Shown piece by piece: positions 41,529 through 50,596 of a stretch of DNA of 64,000 nucleotides (within the stretch, counting starts at the first letter, position 1; the number at the start of each line of letters is the position of its first letter). The notes below the pieces were generated by a model that was given only the letters and a program-made list of their open reading frames with translations, had not been told where the DNA came from and searched no databases. The position numbers were made by a program, and so were the translations under genes. Source of the stretch: an uncultured archaeon (GTDB taxonomy: Archaea; Thermoproteota; Nitrososphaeria; Nitrososphaerales; Gagatemarchaeaceae); assembly GCA_963799775.1 (NCBI GenBank), contig CAWCYD010000003.1:704001-768000 (forward strand), read 5' to 3'.

Positions 41529-42974
41529 TTAAGATGCAGTTGACAACTTCTGCCAGACAGGCCCGTCCGGGGTGTCCTGGACGACCACTCCCCTCTCCTT
41601 GAGCTGCGCGCGCAGCGAGTCTGCTCTGGAGTAGTCCTTGGCCATCCTCGCCTTTTCCCGCTCATCTACGAGCGCTTGTATCTCGGATCCCTCGCGGCCA
41701 TCCCCCTCTTCGCGTCCAGCCTTCTCCTCCCAAGGAACCACCACCCCTAGCACTCCGTCGATCCTCTCCAAGGTCTTGACTATGAGGTCAAAGTCTCGCT
41801 TCGTCAGTCGTCTGGAGTCGATCATCGCGTTGATCCTTCGCTGGAACGAGAAGAGGGAGGCGAGGGCCTTTGGGGTGTTGAGGTCTCCGTCCATGGCCCG
41901 CTCGAAGCTCCTGAGGAGAGACCTGGTAGGTTGCACGCTGAGGATCGCCGGACCGGGAGGTGCAGACTTTGCTGCGCGCGAGAGCCTTGAGTGGAACTCG
42001 TCCACGCTCCTGATCGTCGCCGCGGCCTGCTCCATCGAGGTGTCGGTGAGGTTCAGCTCGTCTCTGTAGTGGGCGCCGATGAGGAAGAGCCTGATCGCCC
42101 TCGCGCTCGACCCTTGCTTCAGGAGGTCGCGCAGGGTGACCATGTTCCCGAGCGACTTGCTCATCTTCTCTCCGTTGATGTTCAGGAACTCCGAGTGGAG
42201 CCAGACGTTCACGAACTTCTTCCCGGTCAGCGACTCGGACTGGGCGATCTCGTTCTCGTGGTGTGGGAACTTCAGGTCCTTCCCGCCAGTGTGGATGTCG
42301 AAGCTCGGGCCGAGATACTTCATTGCCATGACCGAGCACTCGATGTGCCAGCCGGGCCTACCCTTGCCCACCGGGGTCTCCCAGAAGACCTCGCCGTCCT
42401 GAGGGTCCCACGCCTTCCAGAGCGCAAAGTCGTTCGCCCCCATCTTCTCGTAGTGGTCTAGAGCGACCCGCGTGCCCGACTTGACCTCGGCCTGCTTGAT
42501 TCCTGATAGCCTCCCGTACTTTGGGAACTTCTTTATCGAGAAATACGTCGAGCCGTCGTCGCCCCGGTAGGCGTACCCTTTCTTGGTCAGCTTCTTGACG
42601 GCCGCCGCCATCTCGGCGATGAGCTGGGTGGCGCGAGGGTAGTGCTCCGCTCTCTCAATCCTCAGGGTGTCCAGGTCTTCCATGAACGCCTCGGTGTAGT
42701 AGTCGGTGAGCGCTTGGAGGCTCTTGCCAGAGCTCTTTATGCCCTCGATTATCCTGTCCTCCACGTCCGTGATGTTCTTGACCTGCACGACCTTGTAGCC
42801 CTTGTACTTCAGGTACCTGCGGAGGACGTCCTCGAAGACGAAGGTCCGGAAGTTGCCTATGTGGGCGAAGTTGTAGACGGTCGGCCCGCAGGTGTACATC
42901 CTCACAGTCTTCCCGGAGAGCGGCTTGAACTTCGTGAGCCGCCTGCCCAGGCTGTTGTGAAGGACGAGGACCAT
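41529..42974 (-). CDS. cysS: Cysteinyl-tRNA synthetase
   Basis: CGPTVY, HIGN, DFALWK, GRPGWHIECS, DIHTGG.DL.FPHHENE, KMSKSLGN. Confidence 0.97.
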   Translation of the reverse strand: MVLVLHNSLGRRLTKFKPLSGKTVRMYTCGPTVYNFAHIGNFRTFVFEDVLRRYLKYKGYKVVQVKNITDVEDRIIEGIKSSGKSLQALTDYYTEAFMEDLDTLRIERAEHYPRATQLIAEMAAAVKKLTKKGYAYRGDDGSTYFSIKKFPKYGRLSGIKQAEVKSGTRVALDHYEKMGANDFALWKAWDPQDGEVFWETPVGKGRPGWHIECSVMAMKYLGPSFDIHTGGKDLKFPHHENEIAQSESLTGKKFVNVWLHSEFLNINGEKMSKSLGNMVTLRDLLKQGSSARAIRLFLIGAHYRDELNLTDTSMEQAAATIRSVDEFHSRLSRAAKSAPPGPAILSVQPTRSLLRSFERAMDGDLNTPKALASLFSFQRRINAMIDSRRLTKRDFDLIVKTLERIDGVLGVVVPWEEKAGREEGDGREGSEIQALVDEREKARMAKDYSRADSLRAQLKERGVVVQDTPDGPVWQKLSTAS

Positions 42975-43061
42975 CTGGAGGCGGGCGGTTCACGTCACGT
43001 GCGTGATAAGGTCTTCCACGCGGAAAAATAAAAGGAGGGGGGAGATAGAATTCGCTTGCTT

Positions 43062-43229
43062 TTACTTCAGTTTGCCGATGCGGAAAATTGGCTTTCCGCA
43101 TGACCCGCAAGTCCCCCGCACTGCAAATCGGCCGTTCTTCAGTTTGATTTGCTTCGGGTTCTTGATCTCCCTGTTCTTCTTCTTCTCGTAGACACAGTAG
43201 CCCGTGACCACGTTGCTCGAGTCTCTCAT
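43062..43229 (-). CDS. Small basic DUF5679-like protein (start may be GTG 43211)
   Basis: Hand translation (MRDSSN)VVTGYCVYEKKKNREIKNPKQIKLKNGRFAVRGTCGSCGKPIFRIGKLK. TTAAAT box upstream and T-rich tract downstream. Confidence 0.75.
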   Translation of the reverse strand: MRDSSNVVTGYCVYEKKKNREIKNPKQIKLKNGRFAVRGTCGSCGKPIFRIGKLK

Positions 43230-43563
43230 GGTGCAAGGTCGATATTTAAGCTCTCGCTAACGGAGCAAAATTTACGCTTTTTAGGGAAAACGAAGACTTA
43301 GAAATGCCGGAAGCCGTTTTTGGGGCAAGCGAGCACTCGAAGATGAGCTTCCAATTCGTCTAATCAAACCGTTAACGAAGAACAGGTGCGATGGTCCTTG
43401 TTGGAGGCTCTTCAAAGCGGCGCAAATCAGACCGGATATTGTTGCGACTAGAATAGAGAATCCGACGAATCGGAGATAAGAGCCCGAATATGGCCCGCAG
43501 AAAAATCTCACGCCGCATGAACCCGGTCAGAGAAGAGAGGATCGCAGGGAGGTGGCGGAGAGG

Positions 43564-44332
43564 CTAGCCTGACTCCACGATTACCGTGCCCGTCATCCAC
43601 GCGTGATAGTTGCAAGAGTATTTGAAAGTCCCCGCGGTCGTGAACGTGTACGAGTAGCTCGCTCCTGCAGCTAGGTTGCCCGAGTTGAAGCTCCCGTCGG
43701 CCGCAGTGACCGTGTGGGGGACCGAGTCGTTGTTCACCCAGGTCACGGTGTTGTTCACTCCGATCACCACAGTTATCGTCGCTGGCGCGTACCCGGGCGC
43801 GGCGTTATGGCCCTGACCCGGCGCCGCTGGGGATGGAGACGTTGACCGCCGCAGTACCCTGCTTGACGACGATGGTGGCCATCATCCAGGCGTGATAGTT
43901 GCACTTGTACTGGTAGGTGCCAGGCTGGGTGAAGTTGAACGTGAAGCTCTGTCCCGCGTTCAGGTTCCCAGAGTCGAAGACAGGGGCCCCTCCTGTCATA
44001 TTGAGAGACGTCACCGTGTGCGGGACCGAGTCGTTGTTAGTCCAGGTCACCGTGGCGTTCTGCCCTATGTAGACGACCGCGTTAGCGGGCGCGAAGCCAG
44101 GCGCGGCGCTCGGACCCGAGCCGGCGCCGCTAGGAATGGATATTGTCGCTCCCGATGCGGCCCCAGAGCTGCTTGTAGCCGCCGTCGAGGTGGCGCCGCC
44201 GGGGAAGCTGTAGCCCGTGCTGCTCGCCATCCCGCTGACCAGGAAGTAGCCGACCAAGATGGGGATCAATATCGCGACGATCCCCAGCACCCCCAGGGTT
44301 AGCTTCGGAGGCGCGTAGTCTTGTGTTTGCAT
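43564..44332 (-). CDS. Membrane-anchored two-domain blue copper (cupredoxin) protein (frameshift near 43805)
   Basis: N-terminal TM helix and two repeats, each with NNDSVPHTVT and CNYHAWM type-1 Cu ligands. Confidence 0.88.
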
Positions 44333-44340
44333 GTCTATCA

Positions 44341-44602
44341 CTAGCCAGCGAAGGCGAAGAGCATCGTGAGGATCAGGACCATTATGAGCGCCAGAGGCGC
44401 GAGCATCAGGTACTGGATCACAGGAGGCTCCTTCCTGATGTTCATGAGGAACAGCGCCGCGACGAGGCTGTTCACCATCGCGATGACCCCGATTCCGATG
44501 TCCACCGAGAAGCGTCCCGGGCCCCGTGTAGAAGAGCAGGACTTCTCCCACGGTCGTTATGACCATGTACAACCAGATTGCAAGCGGTAACGTGTAGTTC
44601 AT
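44341..44602 (-). CDS. Heme-copper oxidase subunit IV-like (frameshifted)
   Basis: Three short hydrophobic helices with LFLMNIRKE after frame correction; position in the cox operon. Confidence 0.6.
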
Positions 44603-44620
44603 TCTCTCATTCTCACCAAT

Positions 44621-46984
44621 CTATAACAGGTAGAAGAGCGGGAAGACGAATATCCAGACGATGTCGACGAAGGCCCAGTACAGCGCGAAGTTCTCGATGC
44701 CGGTGTGGTTCTCCTTGGTGTAGCCGCCCATCATCCCCTTCTTGATGAGATATACCATTATGATCAGCCCTGCGGTGACGTGGGCCGCGTGGAGGCCGAC
44801 CGTGAAGTAGTAGGTGCTCCCCGCCAGGTTCGTCGTCCAGCTGAAGCCTTTGCCAAAGTACAGGTTGTACCACTCCGCTCCCTTGATCCCGAGGAAGGTC
44901 GCGCCCAGGACGAAGGTCGCGCCCAGCCACATTATCATGTTCCTCTGCTTGCCTTCCTTGATCGACTCGAGGGCCAAGAACGCCGTGAGCCCGCTCGTAA
45001 GGAGGATTATCGTGTTCGTGAGGCCCAGGGGGATTTCGTGGATCGAACCGACCGCCGGCCAGTTCGGGGTGAAAGACCTGATGTAGAGGTAAGCCCCCAG
45101 GATCGCACCGAAGACTATGACGTCGGTAGAGAGGAAGATCCACATCCCGAGCCTCATCTTGGGGATGGCGTTGAACGGCCAGCTCTCCGTCACCTCCTCG
45201 GGCATGTGGAAGCGCTCGTGGAGGTCATCGACCATCCACGCCACGATGGCGACCCCGTCGATGGCGAGTCCGACGATGAACACTGCGAGCCCCCAAGAGT
45301 AGACCAGCATAGCCAGGCCCAGGAAACTTACCGCGATGCCAGCAGCAAGCCATATCGGCCGCGAGCTGTAATGATGCCCTCCCGCGTGGCCGCCCTCGGC
45401 CCCCACCGCGCCCGTGGTCGCCGTGGCTCCGTGGGAGGCACCGGTGATGATCGGCACCCACTCTGGCGTGGTGGCTCCCCATGGGTTGGGAGGCGCTATC
45501 TTGCCGCCCCTCAAGACGCCGAGGAGGTTCAGGAGCAGGAGGATCTGTGCGCCCGCGAATATGAACGCGCCCACGGTCGAGATGAGGTTGAGGGTGTTCC
45601 AGCTGGGCAGCGACTGGTAGGTGTAGATCCTCCTAGGCATGTCGTAGAGGAAGAACATCGGGAAGTACAGCACGTTGAACCCGATGAACGAGGTGATGAA
45701 GTGCCAGTTCGCGAGCTTCTCGTTGTACATCTTCCCTGTCATTATCGGGATGTAGTAGTAGAGCCCGGCGATCAGGCCGAAGATCGCGGCGCCGACCATC
45801 ACATAGTGGAAGTGGCCCACGACGAAGTACGTGTTGTTGTAGACCACGTCGAGGACGAACGAGGAGAGGAAGACCCCTGTAATGCCGCCGATGATGAAGA
45901 GGAAGACGGACCCGATGCAGAAGAGCATGGGGGCCGTGAGACGGATCGAGGATTTTGTCAGGGTCTTGATGAAGGCTAGCGTGATGACGTCGAAGGGCAA
46001 CGATATCAGGATCGTCGCGACGCTGAATGCCTCGTCCTCGCTCAGTGTGACTCCGGTGATGAACATGTGGTGCGACCAGACCATGTAGCTGAGCGGGATG
46101 ACGATCGCCCCTGTGCAGATCAGTATGATGTTCTTCTCGGCGAGCGGCCTCCCAGTGAAGACAGGGAAGATCTCCGCGATCAGGCCGAACGCTGGGAGGA
46201 GGACGACGTAGACCTCCGGATGGCCGAAGAACCAGAAGAGGTCGTCCCAGAGGATGGAGCCGCCAGCGGCGGCGGAGAAGTACATCGTCCCGAGGACCCT
46301 GTCTGAGATGAGGAGGACGAGGGCCGCGAGGAGCGACGGGAAGGAGAAGAGCATCGCGATGATCGTGAAGAGCATGAACCAGCTGAACATCGGGATCTTC
46401 CTCCAGGTCATCCCCGGCCCGCGGTGGACGGCCACTGTGAGGAGAATGTTGACGCTGCCGACTGTGATGGAAGTGGCGAGCATGATGAGACCGGCGAACG
46501 CGAGGGTTGGGCCTGGCCCTGGGCTGAACTGCCCACCAGAGAGAGGAGAGTACGCCGTCCAGCCTCCCGCTGTGTTTCCGCCCGGCATGAAGAACCCGAG
46601 CGTCGCGACGATGCCGCCGAAGAGCCAGAGCCAATAGCCTAGGGCGTTGACTCTGGGGAGAGCCAGGTCGGCCGCCCCTATCTGAAGAGGAAGGAAGTAG
46701 TTAGCGAGGCCGATCGCCAACGGAGAGAGGAACCACAGGATCATGATAAGACCGTGGAGCGTGACGGCCTGGTCGAAAGAGGCGCCGCTCAGAAATGTCT
46801 GGGCTGTGCTCGGCCAGCACATCCCCGTGACGCCTGCAGCGCAGACCGGGACCGCGAGCTCAACCCTGACGAGGAGGATCAGGACAGCTCCGATGAAGCC
46901 GAAGTACATCGAGCCGATTATGTAGAGCAGCCCGATGTCCTTGTGGTTCGTCGTGTAGAGCCATCTGGAGAGCCAAGCGTTCAT
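44621..46984 (-). CDS. coxA: A1-type heme-copper oxidase subunit I fused to subunit III
   Basis: TNHKDIG, TLHG, FWFFGHPEVY, WSHHMF, GHFHYV, MPRR, then subunit III motifs GMWIFLSTD, NTIILLTS, GLHAAHV, YWAFVD. Confidence 0.95.
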   Translation of the reverse strand: MNAWLSRWLYTTNHKDIGLLYIIGSMYFGFIGAVLILLVRVELAVPVCAAGVTGMCWPSTAQTFLSGASFDQAVTLHGLIMILWFLSPLAIGLANYFLPLQIGAADLALPRVNALGYWLWLFGGIVATLGFFMPGGNTAGGWTAYSPLSGGQFSPGPGPTLAFAGLIMLATSITVGSVNILLTVAVHRGPGMTWRKIPMFSWFMLFTIIAMLFSFPSLLAALVLLISDRVLGTMYFSAAAGGSILWDDLFWFFGHPEVYVVLLPAFGLIAEIFPVFTGRPLAEKNIILICTGAIVIPLSYMVWSHHMFITGVTLSEDEAFSVATILISLPFDVITLAFIKTLTKSSIRLTAPMLFCIGSVFLFIIGGITGVFLSSFVLDVVYNNTYFVVGHFHYVMVGAAIFGLIAGLYYYIPIMTGKMYNEKLANWHFITSFIGFNVLYFPMFFLYDMPRRIYTYQSLPSWNTLNLISTVGAFIFAGAQILLLLNLLGVLRGGKIAPPNPWGATTPEWVPIITGASHGATATTGAVGAEGGHAGGHHYSSRPIWLAAGIAVSFLGLAMLVYSWGLAVFIVGLAIDGVAIVAWMVDDLHERFHMPEEVTESWPFNAIPKMRLGMWIFLSTDVIVFGAILGAYLYIRSFTPNWPAVGSIHEIPLGLTNTIILLTSGLTAFLALESIKEGKQRNMIMWLGATFVLGATFLGIKGAEWYNLYFGKGFSWTTNLAGSTYYFTVGLHAAHVTAGLIIMVYLIKKGMMGGYTKENHTGIENFALYWAFVDIVWIFVFPLFYLL

Positions 46985-46990
46985 TTCTCA

Positions 46991-47680
46991 CTAGCCTCCT
47001 GTGGTCGATGTCGAGGACCGGCTTGTGGAAGACGAGGTAACCGGGAGCTTGTTGTACCAATCATAGTACTTCGTTTGGCTTACCACGTTAAGTTTCGCGA
47101 GCATTGTCGCGTGTCCAGCGCCACAAAGTTGTCTACACGAAATCGTGAAAGTCCCGGGCTGGGTCGCATTAAACCACAATTGGTTGTAGAATCCTGGCTG
47201 GGCATCTTTGGCAACATCGAGCGCAGGAATGTAGAATCCGTGCGTGACATCGGCCGAGGTGATGTTCAGTATCACTACCTGGTCAAGGGGAACCGTCAGG
47301 TTCGAGAAGGAGGTGTAGCCGTCGGCATATGTGAAGCTCCATACGAACTGGCGACCTGTGACTCCTATGTTGACGTTCGGGTCGCCAGGCATGGCGATCA
47401 GGTTCGCAGAGGCGAACGTCTCGTACTCGACGAAGGCCAAGACGGAGCCTGTGATGCAAAGGGTGAGGACCACGCCTTTCCAGTTGCCCCAGTCCCCCTC
47501 CTCGTGGTGGAACGCAGGGACCGCCCTGCCGGGCCTTTCCCGGTTCTTGATGATGTTGTAGATCATGAACGCGCCGACTACGACGCCAGCTGCCGTGCCG
47601 AGGATGACGTAGTAGTTGGAGAGCGTCGTCCAGATTGCTACTGTTGGCGGTGTCGCATCTAGGGGAAGCGAATACAGCAT
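46991..47680 (-). CDS. coxB: Heme-copper oxidase subunit II (CuA)
   Basis: Two TM helices, QFVWSFTY, SADVTHGF, CRQLCGAGHATM. Confidence 0.93.
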   Translation of the reverse strand: MLYSLPLDATPPTVAIWTTLSNYYVILGTAAGVVVGAFMIYNIIKNRERPGRAVPAFHHEEGDWGNWKGVVLTLCITGSVLAFVEYETFASANLIAMPGDPNVNIGVTGRQFVWSFTYADGYTSFSNLTVPLDQVVILNITSADVTHGFYIPALDVAKDAQPGFYNQLWFNATQPGTFTISCRQLCGAGHATMLAKLNVVSQTKYYDWYNKLPVTSSSTSRSSTSTTGG

Positions 47681-47802
47681 GCAGCGACCAACGCCCACTT
47701 GAATATTTCATATAAGTCTTGTTTCACTGACATAGGACCAATCAGGGGTCCGCCTAACGCATAATTAGTCGAAGAGAATGGCGAGACCTCCGCAGAGTCT
47801 GT

Positions 47803-47898
47803 GGTGGGATGGCGGAGCGGTTACGCGTGCGCCTGCAGTTTCGTTCAACACGCGAGACCGAGAGCGCATTCACGAGGGTCCGAATCCCTCTCCCACCT
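47803..47898 (+). tRNA. tRNA-Cys(GCA) with ~24-nt anticodon-loop intron (about 47839-47862)
   Basis: GGTGGGA/TCCCACC acceptor stem, U73 discriminator, TGCGC CT GCA G[intron]A GCGCA, GAGGG TCCGAAT CCCTC, T-tract after. Confidence 0.85.
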
Positions 47899-47985
47899 TT
47901 TTGGTTCAATTGGCTCGAATTTGAGTCTTTGTATCTAATGCGGTTGAATGCTACCGTATTTTGTTCAATACGTCTCCATTTCAGC

Positions 47986-48804
47986 TTAATCGACGCTTGT
48001 CGCAGAAGCAAGTCGATTCCGCTTACGCCCGATTGTGAAGCCCACGCGTGTCTCAAATTGCCTCAGTGAGTCGGATCGCACGTAAACGCGATAATGGTTC
48101 TTGTTTACGTTCCAAGTTTTTCCCTTGATGACAATCTTGCCACCGGCCCGCCGCCTGAGATGAGGTGCCTGTCGTCTCTATTCCGAGAGAACCTAACAAC
48201 TGACAAACAAACCGCAGTTTGTCAAGGTCGCCGTTGTACAGGTGCAATGATCGGCCCGAAATTGAGCCTTCAGAGTCATAGAATCCTCTGAGGAACGCAC
48301 CTCTGCACAGGTCGCAGTGGCAAATGGTCGGAATCTGGCCTCGATCCCTAGTCTCAAGAGATTCTGGAGCAGAAGACTAGAGGTCTCGACATGCCAAGAT
48401 TGAGTCCGTTCATTCCATCTTACATTTGGCGGGCTCCTCTTGAGAACGATTGAAAGGCACCGAGAGAACTCTTGAGCGAAATCTTTGTCTGTTACTCGCA
48501 GCTTTATCATGTGCATATGATTCTTGTTGGTGTTTGTGGAGGCATCTCCCCATTTGACTCCTATGATGTACGCGAGCTCAGGGCAGGGTGTCGACGCGAA
48601 CTGCCTAACGTAACCAAATGGTCTATGTTTCCCGTTGAGCCAGCCGGAGATATGCGATTTGTTGAGCGAGACCCCGGACTCAAGGTGTATCCTTTCAATT
48701 ATCTGGTTGTAACTCAGCCCTTCTCTTCTCAATTTCAGAACCGATTGGTACAGCTTCTCCCGCTCAATAGTCGGCCTAAGGCGGACACCTTTTCTCGACG
48801 CCAT
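47986..48804 (-). CDS. Free-standing two-motif LAGLIDADG homing endonuclease with N-terminal HTH (frameshifted)
   Basis: LAYIIGVKWGDA, then AFLRGFYDSEGS in a shifted frame, C-terminal F...VGFTI.RK. Lower GC than the host genes. Confidence 0.82.
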
Positions 48805-48946
48805 ATCGTCAAAGTCGGACTCTGCTATTAAGGACCCACGAAGCGAACCTTTTACTTGGCTCGAGTTTCGGGCCGGTTCACCCTCCGGAGAGCGAGATCA
48901 CATTGTCCCCAGAAATTGGAGCACGAGCGATGAGAGGAACTTCGCC

Positions 48947-50005
48947 ATGAAAGCGAAGTCTGTCTTGGGGATGCTCTACTCGGTCCCCTTCCTGGGGTTC
49001 GTCCTCTTCGTCTTCTCGGTCGGGTTCCCTCCGTTCGACGACGCGACCACGCTGGACCTCACGACCCACATGATCCAGCACATCATCATAGTGATCGCCG
49101 GGATAATGATCGCCTACCCCCTCCACAAGAAGGGATTCTTCCGGCCCATCGAAGGGAAGAACTCGGCTTACTTCGGGCTCGCAGTGATCATCGTCTTGAT
49201 AACGATCTGGCACCTGCCGCAGTTCTGGGACGCGGCGATCCTCAACCCTGCCGTCCATGCGGTGGAGCACGCGTCGTTCCTTCTTGTCGGGATACTAATC
49301 GGCTCCACTCTGCAGACCCTGTCGGACCGAGCGAAGCTGGACGTCCTGATCTTGGGTTTCTTCGGCCACTTCTTCTACGGCCTCATCCTGATCTCGAACT
49401 ATCGCATCTATCCTCTCTATTCTCTGGCTGACCAGGGCGCCCTGGGGATAGTGATGTTCAGCGTCGGGCCTTTCTATTGGACGGGGATACTCTACATCCT
49501 ATTCAGGAACAGGGCCTGGTTCAAGGAGTTCTCCACGACCGGTTACGAGGAGCCCATGGTCCAACGGAGAGACCTGGGAGGCGATGACCATTCAGGCGGC
49601 TCGAGGCTCAGACGGACCGGGAGGGTGGTCACGTCAGTGTCAATCGTCGTCCTGTTGGCGGTCCTTGTCGGGTTCTACGCCACCAGCGCGGCGGCGATCA
49701 CGTTGACCCCTGTCCCTCCGCATTCGAGTTCGACCGCGCAAGTTCTCATAGTGGAGACCCCGGTGACCTGGAACTACTATCCCCAGGCAATCACGGTCGT
49801 GCTGGGCGTGAACAACACGGTCACCTGGGTCAGCCACTCGCTCGCCTACGACACGGTGACAGGTGTGAACAGCTCTATCAACTCAGGTTCGATCCCGCCG
49901 GAAGGGCACTTCACATACACCTTCGCGACAGCAGGGACGTATCCTTACCGGTGCATCTACCACCCCTGGATGACAGGCACGGTCAGGGTGGTCGCGAAGA
50001 GCTAG
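48947..50005 (+). CDS. CtaG/DUF1404-like oxidase assembly membrane protein fused to a cupredoxin domain
   Basis: HMIQH, WHLP, HAVEH, YPLYSLADQ..LG..M; C-terminal GTYPYRCIYHPWMTGTV. Confidence 0.75.
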   Translation: MKAKSVLGMLYSVPFLGFVLFVFSVGFPPFDDATTLDLTTHMIQHIIIVIAGIMIAYPLHKKGFFRPIEGKNSAYFGLAVIIVLITIWHLPQFWDAAILNPAVHAVEHASFLLVGILIGSTLQTLSDRAKLDVLILGFFGHFFYGLILISNYRIYPLYSLADQGALGIVMFSVGPFYWTGILYILFRNRAWFKEFSTTGYEEPMVQRRDLGGDDHSGGSRLRRTGRVVTSVSIVVLLAVLVGFYATSAAAITLTPVPPHSSSTAQVLIVETPVTWNYYPQAITVVLGVNNTVTWVSHSLAYDTVTGVNSSINSGSIPPEGHFTYTFATAGTYPYRCIYHPWMTGTVRVVAKS

Positions 50006-50052
50006 GGCCCGCGGAAGAGATAAAAACTGAAAGGACGGCGTCAACCTTCGTC

Positions 50053-50427
50053 TTGAAAGTTGTAAAATCGAAGAAAGCGCCGGAACCGATAGGGCCGTAT
50101 TCTCAAGCTATAGTCGTGAAGAACCTGGTCTTCGTCTCTGGGATGATCGCGCTCGACCCCGCGACGGGAAAGATGGTAAGCGGTGGTGTCAAGGAGCAGA
50201 CAGGCAGATGCCTGACGAGCATGAAGGGAGTTTTGAAGGCCGCAGGGACGAGCGAGAAGAACGTCGTCAAGACGACCGTCTACATCAAGCAAGCCTCTTT
50301 CTTCAAAGAGATGAACGAGACCTATGCGAAGTTCTTCGGCAAGCACAAGCCGGCGAGGGCCACCCTCGTCACGGGTTTCCCGAGGGAAGACGTCCTCGTG
50401 GAGATCGAGGCTATCGCCACCAGGTGA
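50053..50427 (+). CDS. ridA: RidA/YjgF family enamine deaminase
   Basis: APEPIGPYSQA, VVKTTVY, MNETYAKFF, PARA, VEIEAIA. Confidence 0.92.
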   Translation: MKVVKSKKAPEPIGPYSQAIVVKNLVFVSGMIALDPATGKMVSGGVKEQTGRCLTSMKGVLKAAGTSEKNVVKTTVYIKQASFFKEMNETYAKFFGKHKPARATLVTGFPREDVLVEIEAIATR

Positions 50428-50458
50428 CACCCCGTAAGATGCCGGACGGCGGGATCGC

Positions 50459-50587
50459 TTGAAAGCCTCTGAAAAGGGGCCGGCATGTCCGTGCTGCGGC
50501 ACCCCAATGGATGTCGTCTCCGAGGGAGCGACGAAGCTGAGCCTGAGATGCCCCGCTTGCCTGGTGACGGACGTCCGGCTGAAGTAG
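50459..50587 (+). CDS. 42-aa CPxCG-type zinc-finger microprotein
   Basis: Hand translation MKASEKGPACPCCGTPMDVVSEGATKLSLRCPACLVTDVRLK (TTG start). Confidence 0.55.
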   Translation: MKASEKGPACPCCGTPMDVVSEGATKLSLRCPACLVTDVRLK

Positions 50588-50596
50588 GCCGAGTCG

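Noticed and set aside
43805-44602. Apparent subunit IV-cupredoxin fusion
   Set aside because: Created by a frameshift in subunit IV. Its own stop is at 44341 and the cupredoxin has its own ATG at 44332.
44705-45979. Long antisense or alternate-frame ORFs (this one, 26793-27947, 60826-61866, 11277-12473)
   Set aside because: Shadow ORFs expected at high GC: they overlap well-supported genes and have no recognisable motifs of their own.
47803-47898. Alternative splicing of the tRNA giving a CGA (Ser) anticodon, and the unusual T-loop TCCGAAT
   Set aside because: The short variable loop and U73 fit Cys, not Ser. The BHB is imperfect and the T-loop change may be a base-call error, so no claim is made.
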